Shown in pieces: positions 28,999-32,000 of a DNA stretch of 32,000 bases. The position numbers and the translations under genes are program-made. The notes below the pieces were generated by a model. That model did not search any database. It worked only from the letters and a program-made list of their open reading frames with translations, and had not been told where the DNA came from. Source of the DNA: Prochlorococcus sp. MIT 0801 (lineage in GTDB: Bacteria; Cyanobacteriota; Cyanobacteriia; PCC-6307; Cyanobiaceae); NCBI RefSeq assembly GCF_000757865.1, contig NZ_CP007754.1, positions 270,001-302,000 of the forward strand. Reading direction: 5' to 3'. Within the stretch, counting starts at the first letter, position 1. Each line of letters begins with the position of its first letter.

Positions 28999-29053
28999 AG
29001 GCCATTGCATACTAAGGTTTAAGAGGTTTGATTAATTCTTCTTCTTTCTCTCT

Positions 29054-29980
29054 GTGACTGTCTGGCTGAAAATTCTTTTACTATTAATCCTGGGTGGAAT
29101 ACTTTCTACTCTAGGTGATCGCTTAGGTACAAAAGTTGGCAAAGCGCGTTTAAGTATATTTAAATTAAGACCAAAAAGTACCGCTGTATTAATAACTGTT
29201 TTTACTGGAAGTATTATTAGTGCTATTTCATTTGCAACTATGGTTATATTTGATAGAGATTTAAGGGTTGGATTATTTCAGTTAGAGGATATTCGAGAAA
29301 AGATTATAGAGAGTGAAAAAGAATTAAAAAAATTAGAGAAAAATTTGTATGCTTTTAGGAGTGGGAATGTAGTAATTAGTAGTGGTCAAACTCTAGTAAC
29401 TAAGACTATTAAATTAAATAAAACGAATGATATTAAAAAAATTATAGAAAGTATATTACAGCAAGCAAATTTTTATGCTTTTAATTTAGTAAAAACAAAT
29501 CAATCTGAATATCGAAGAATATTATTAGTTCGTAAAGATGATATTGAGAAACTTGAAAAAAAGATAGCTGATAATAGAAGTTGGGTCGTTAGGATTAAAT
29601 CAGCAGGAAATATACTTAGAGGTGAAAATTATGTTTATGCATTTCCTGAAGTCACATTAAATAAAATGATTACAAAGAAAGGTGAAGTTATTGCGATAGA
29701 AAATATATCTTTATTAAAATCAGATTCTGAAACTATCAGTAAGAAGATTAATCTTTTAATGGCTTCAACTTTAGCTGAGGTTAGGCGTCGAGGATCATTA
29801 AGTTCTGAGTTGAAAATTAATGCTAATCAAATTAATAATTTAGGAAAATATCTAGTTAGTAAAAAAAAGGGAGATTTCCAAATTATTACAAGGGCTCTTG
29901 ATGATAGTCAAAGTGCTGAAAAAGTCTCCGTATCATTGGAATTAAAATCTCTAGCAAAATCTATACTAAACAAGAGTTAA
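29054..29980 (+). CDS. Conserved cyanobacterial membrane/coiled-coil protein (DUF3084-like)
   Basis: GTG start. The N-terminus is ILLLLILGGILSTLGDRLGTKVGKARLSIFKLRPKSTAVLITVFTGSIIS, as in DUF3084 proteins, followed by a coiled-coil segment. The family call is from memory. Confidence 0.62.
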   Translation: MTVWLKILLLLILGGILSTLGDRLGTKVGKARLSIFKLRPKSTAVLITVFTGSIISAISFATMVIFDRDLRVGLFQLEDIREKIIESEKELKKLEKNLYAFRSGNVVISSGQTLVTKTIKLNKTNDIKKIIESILQQANFYAFNLVKTNQSEYRRILLVRKDDIEKLEKKIADNRSWVVRIKSAGNILRGENYVYAFPEVTLNKMITKKGEVIAIENISLLKSDSETISKKINLLMASTLAEVRRRGSLSSELKINANQINNLGKYLVSKKKGDFQIITRALDDSQSAEKVSVSLELKSLAKSILNKS

Positions 29981-30418
29981 ATGAGTCTTTATATATCCAT
30001 AGATCCTGGAATGAAAAAATGTGGTTTATTATTGGCTGATATTCAATCCGGAAAAGTTATTGAGGCAGGTGTAGCTTCATTAAATAAATCTTCTGATTTA
30101 GTTTCTCGATGGAATGAAGATTACGACATTATCAATATAATAATTGGTGATGGAACTAATTGTAAGTATATAGGGAATAAATTAAAACGAAATAATTTTT
30201 TGAATATAAATTATGTGAATGAAAGAGGATCAACGCTAAGAGCAAGATTTAGATATTGGCAAATTTGGCCTCCAAATTATTTTATTCGTTGGCTTCCAAA
30301 AGAAATTCTTTTTCCTCCTGCGAATCTTGATGCAATTGTCGCGTTGATTTTATTGGAAGATTTTTTAAAATATAGATTTATTTGGCCAGCTAAAGTCAGT
30401 ATTAAAACTTGGCCCTAA
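29981..30418 (+). CDS. RNase H-fold, Holliday-junction-resolvase-like (YqgF/RuvC-like) small protein
   Basis: The ATG directly follows the upstream TAA. The N-terminus LYISIDPGMKKCGLLLAD resembles the first strand and acidic residue of RuvC/YqgF-type nucleases. The call is tentative. Confidence 0.5.
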   Translation: MSLYISIDPGMKKCGLLLADIQSGKVIEAGVASLNKSSDLVSRWNEDYDIINIIIGDGTNCKYIGNKLKRNNFLNINYVNERGSTLRARFRYWQIWPPNYFIRWLPKEILFPPANLDAIVALILLEDFLKYRFIWPAKVSIKTWP

Positions 30419-30659
30419 CTGTAAAAATGTAATCTCCACCAGACTCAAGTTTATAATCAGCTTTTACTAAATAGCGCTCTAATGCATCTTTTATTAGCGC
30501 CCTGCCTAGTGGCGGTTCGACAAAAAGTTGTCCCTGATTAAAAGCCCAAATAAAACTCCACTCAAAATTTCCTGCACGGACAATCCCCTCAACTTTTTTT
30601 TGATTAAAGCATTGCTTATGAATTTGAAGATATGCAGTAGTTGATGGCTTGTTATACAT
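30402..30659 (-). CDS. Small conserved hypothetical protein (85 aa)
   Basis: Clean ORF in a compact gene context. Its 3' end overlaps the convergent upstream gene by 17 nt. I recognise no motif. Confidence 0.5.
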   Translation of the reverse strand: MYNKPSTTAYLQIHKQCFNQKKVEGIVRAGNFEWSFIWAFNQGQLFVEPPLGRALIKDALERYLVKADYKLESGGDYIFTVRAKF

Positions 30660-30672
30660 TTTTATAAAGTTA

Positions 30673-31290
30673 TTAAATGTTAGGTTTGTACGAATTTAGT
30701 CGAGTAGTTATCTTTTCCCAATTATTAGATGTAATTGATTCAATACAACTAATTATTTCATGAATGATTAAATCTAATATTATGAATTCATCTTTTGAAA
30801 ATTTTCCTAAAACGTGAGAAACAGTTTTAGATTTCCTCTCTTGTTGGTCGTTACTTGGCGCTCCTATACCAATCTTTAATCGCTTAAACTCATCAGTACC
30901 AAGATGGTTGATAATGCTTTTCAATCCATTATGACCTCCTGAGCTGCCTTTAGAGCGGACTCTTATTTTTCCCAGAGGGAGATCCATGTCGTCGACTAAG
31001 ACTATTAATTGATTATTTTTAAAATTAAACCAATCCTTTGTTGATCTTACTGATTTTCCACTTTCATTCATGTATGTGTTGGGCATTAAAAGCCTAGTTT
31101 TTTCTATACCTGAGCCGTATTCACAAGTCCTGCCAAATAGTTTTTTGCTTTCACTAAAGCTACAATTATTTTTTCTCGCTATTTTTTCTAACACTATAAA
31201 TCCGACATTATGACGAGTTTTTTCGTACGCAGTCCCCGGATTGCCTAAGCCTACTAATAATTTCAAGTCATCGGACAACATACCAATCAA
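30673..31290 (-). CDS. pth: Peptidyl-tRNA hydrolase
   Basis: Motifs GLGNPGTAYEKTRHNVGF, DDMDLPLGKIR and GGHNGLKS. Length is 205 aa. Confidence 0.9.
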   Translation of the reverse strand: MIGMLSDDLKLLVGLGNPGTAYEKTRHNVGFIVLEKIARKNNCSFSESKKLFGRTCEYGSGIEKTRLLMPNTYMNESGKSVRSTKDWFNFKNNQLIVLVDDMDLPLGKIRVRSKGSSGGHNGLKSIINHLGTDEFKRLKIGIGAPSNDQQERKSKTVSHVLGKFSKDEFIILDLIIHEIISCIESITSNNWEKITTRLNSYKPNI

Positions 31291-31342
31291 ACAAAATCGT
31301 TGTTGATTTTAATAGTTAGATGTTTAGTTAATTTTCTGGAAA

Positions 31343-31558
31343 TTAATTTTCTTTGTCCACAATGTTTTCATTTGCAGACTCTTCTTCTTTCATGGCGTTT
31401 TGTATTTCACGCTCAAATTCCGTAGAGGCACTTTGAAGACCCTTTAAGGTTTTTCCAATAGTTCGCCCAAATTCGGGAAGTCGTTTTGGACCAAAAATAA
31501 TTAGTGCCAAGCCGGCAATAACAGCAATTTCTGGTAAACCAACCCCGAAAATATTCAT
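31343..31558 (-). CDS. tatA: Sec-independent (Tat) translocase subunit TatA/E
   Basis: MNIFGVGLPEIAVIAGLALIIFGPKRLPEFGRTIGKTLKGL is the canonical TatA TM helix, FGP hinge and amphipathic helix. Confidence 0.85.
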   Translation of the reverse strand: MNIFGVGLPEIAVIAGLALIIFGPKRLPEFGRTIGKTLKGLQSASTEFEREIQNAMKEEESANENIVDKEN

Positions 31559-31591
31559 GGGCGAATCTCAACTGCTCAAAATTTAACCAAT

Positions 31592-31789
31592 TTAGCCGTT
31601 CCAGTCGACGGAAAAACCCTGTAAAAGAAGTGATTGGTTATAAATTTGGAGCATGATCACTAGAAAAATCAGTAGTAAAAGTCCTATAAAGGCCATGACA
31701 GGTACTGCTCCCCAACCTGGAACAACTTTTCCTTGTCCAGAATTGCCAATGGATTTAAGCAAAGATCCAAGTGCTGTTTTTTGTCCCAT
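31592..31789 (-). CDS. psbH: Photosystem II reaction-centre protein H
   Basis: 65 aa. The sequence [39 protein letters not shown] is characteristic of cyanobacterial PsbH. Confidence 0.9.
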   Translation of the reverse strand: MGQKTALGSLLKSIGNSGQGKVVPGWGAVPVMAFIGLLLLIFLVIMLQIYNQSLLLQGFSVDWNG

Positions 31790-32000
31790 GTCGTTTCTCT
31801 AAGCTCAGATTTGTATGAGTCAAGATATTGTATGAGAACTTGTCCAAAAGAAGAAGAGACTGTAGAAACTTGTGATGGAATGAACCAAAAAAATATTATT
31901 TTTGATAAATGTGGTCTAAAAAAGCTGAAAAACTAGCAAAATCACAAAACGAAATAAATTTGTAATTTTAGGAAATGGTATGAGAAAAATCGATCTTTCT

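Noticed and set aside
31733-31936. A plus-strand ORF next to psbH that might be psbN, the expected divergent neighbour. It includes an internal 34-aa Cys-containing peptide, MRTCPKEEETVETCDG...
   Set aside because: Its first third overlaps psbH antisense. It has no hydrophobic helix and none of the conserved PsbN C-terminal pattern. psbN probably lies beyond the window end.

Overview
This is an AT-rich cyanobacterial chromosome segment. Gene content and order: mutS2, obg, CP12-like, Xi-class GST, aspartoacylase-family, psbA, aroC, eda-like, ftsH, sat, psbO, coaBC, pyrB, mpg, gatC, crtR, tRNA-Leu, ileS, trmB, txlA, thyX, dcd, CobO-like, ntcA, pth, tatA, psbH. This looks like core genome of a high-light-adapted Prochlorococcus marinus (MED4-like). 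That identification rests on motif recognition and my memory of these families, not on a database search. I support about 36 protein genes, one tRNA, three rho-independent terminators and one NtcA box. I see no CRISPR array, transposase, integrase, toxin-antitoxin pair or defence cassette, and no convincing multi-gene novel system. The only mobile-element-like signal is at tRNA-Leu(UAG). A perfect 36-nt direct repeat of the tRNA 5' half lies 669 bp away. The two copies bracket a 633-bp, partly G+C-enriched insert that holds further tRNA-derived fragments and an ORF with no canonical N-terminus. This looks like an integration scar or decayed tRNA-targeting element. Secondary observations: a CobA/CobO-family protein whose ATP-binding P-loop is obliterated and which is packed with zero spacing against dcd-thyX; an unusually G+C-rich spacer upstream of psbA with a perfect 12-bp inverted repeat; a CP12 variant that keeps only the C-terminal Cys loop; a possible 46-codon hydrophobic ORF coupled by TAATG to the next gene; and an mpg gene whose conserved N-terminus lies upstream of any canonical start codon.
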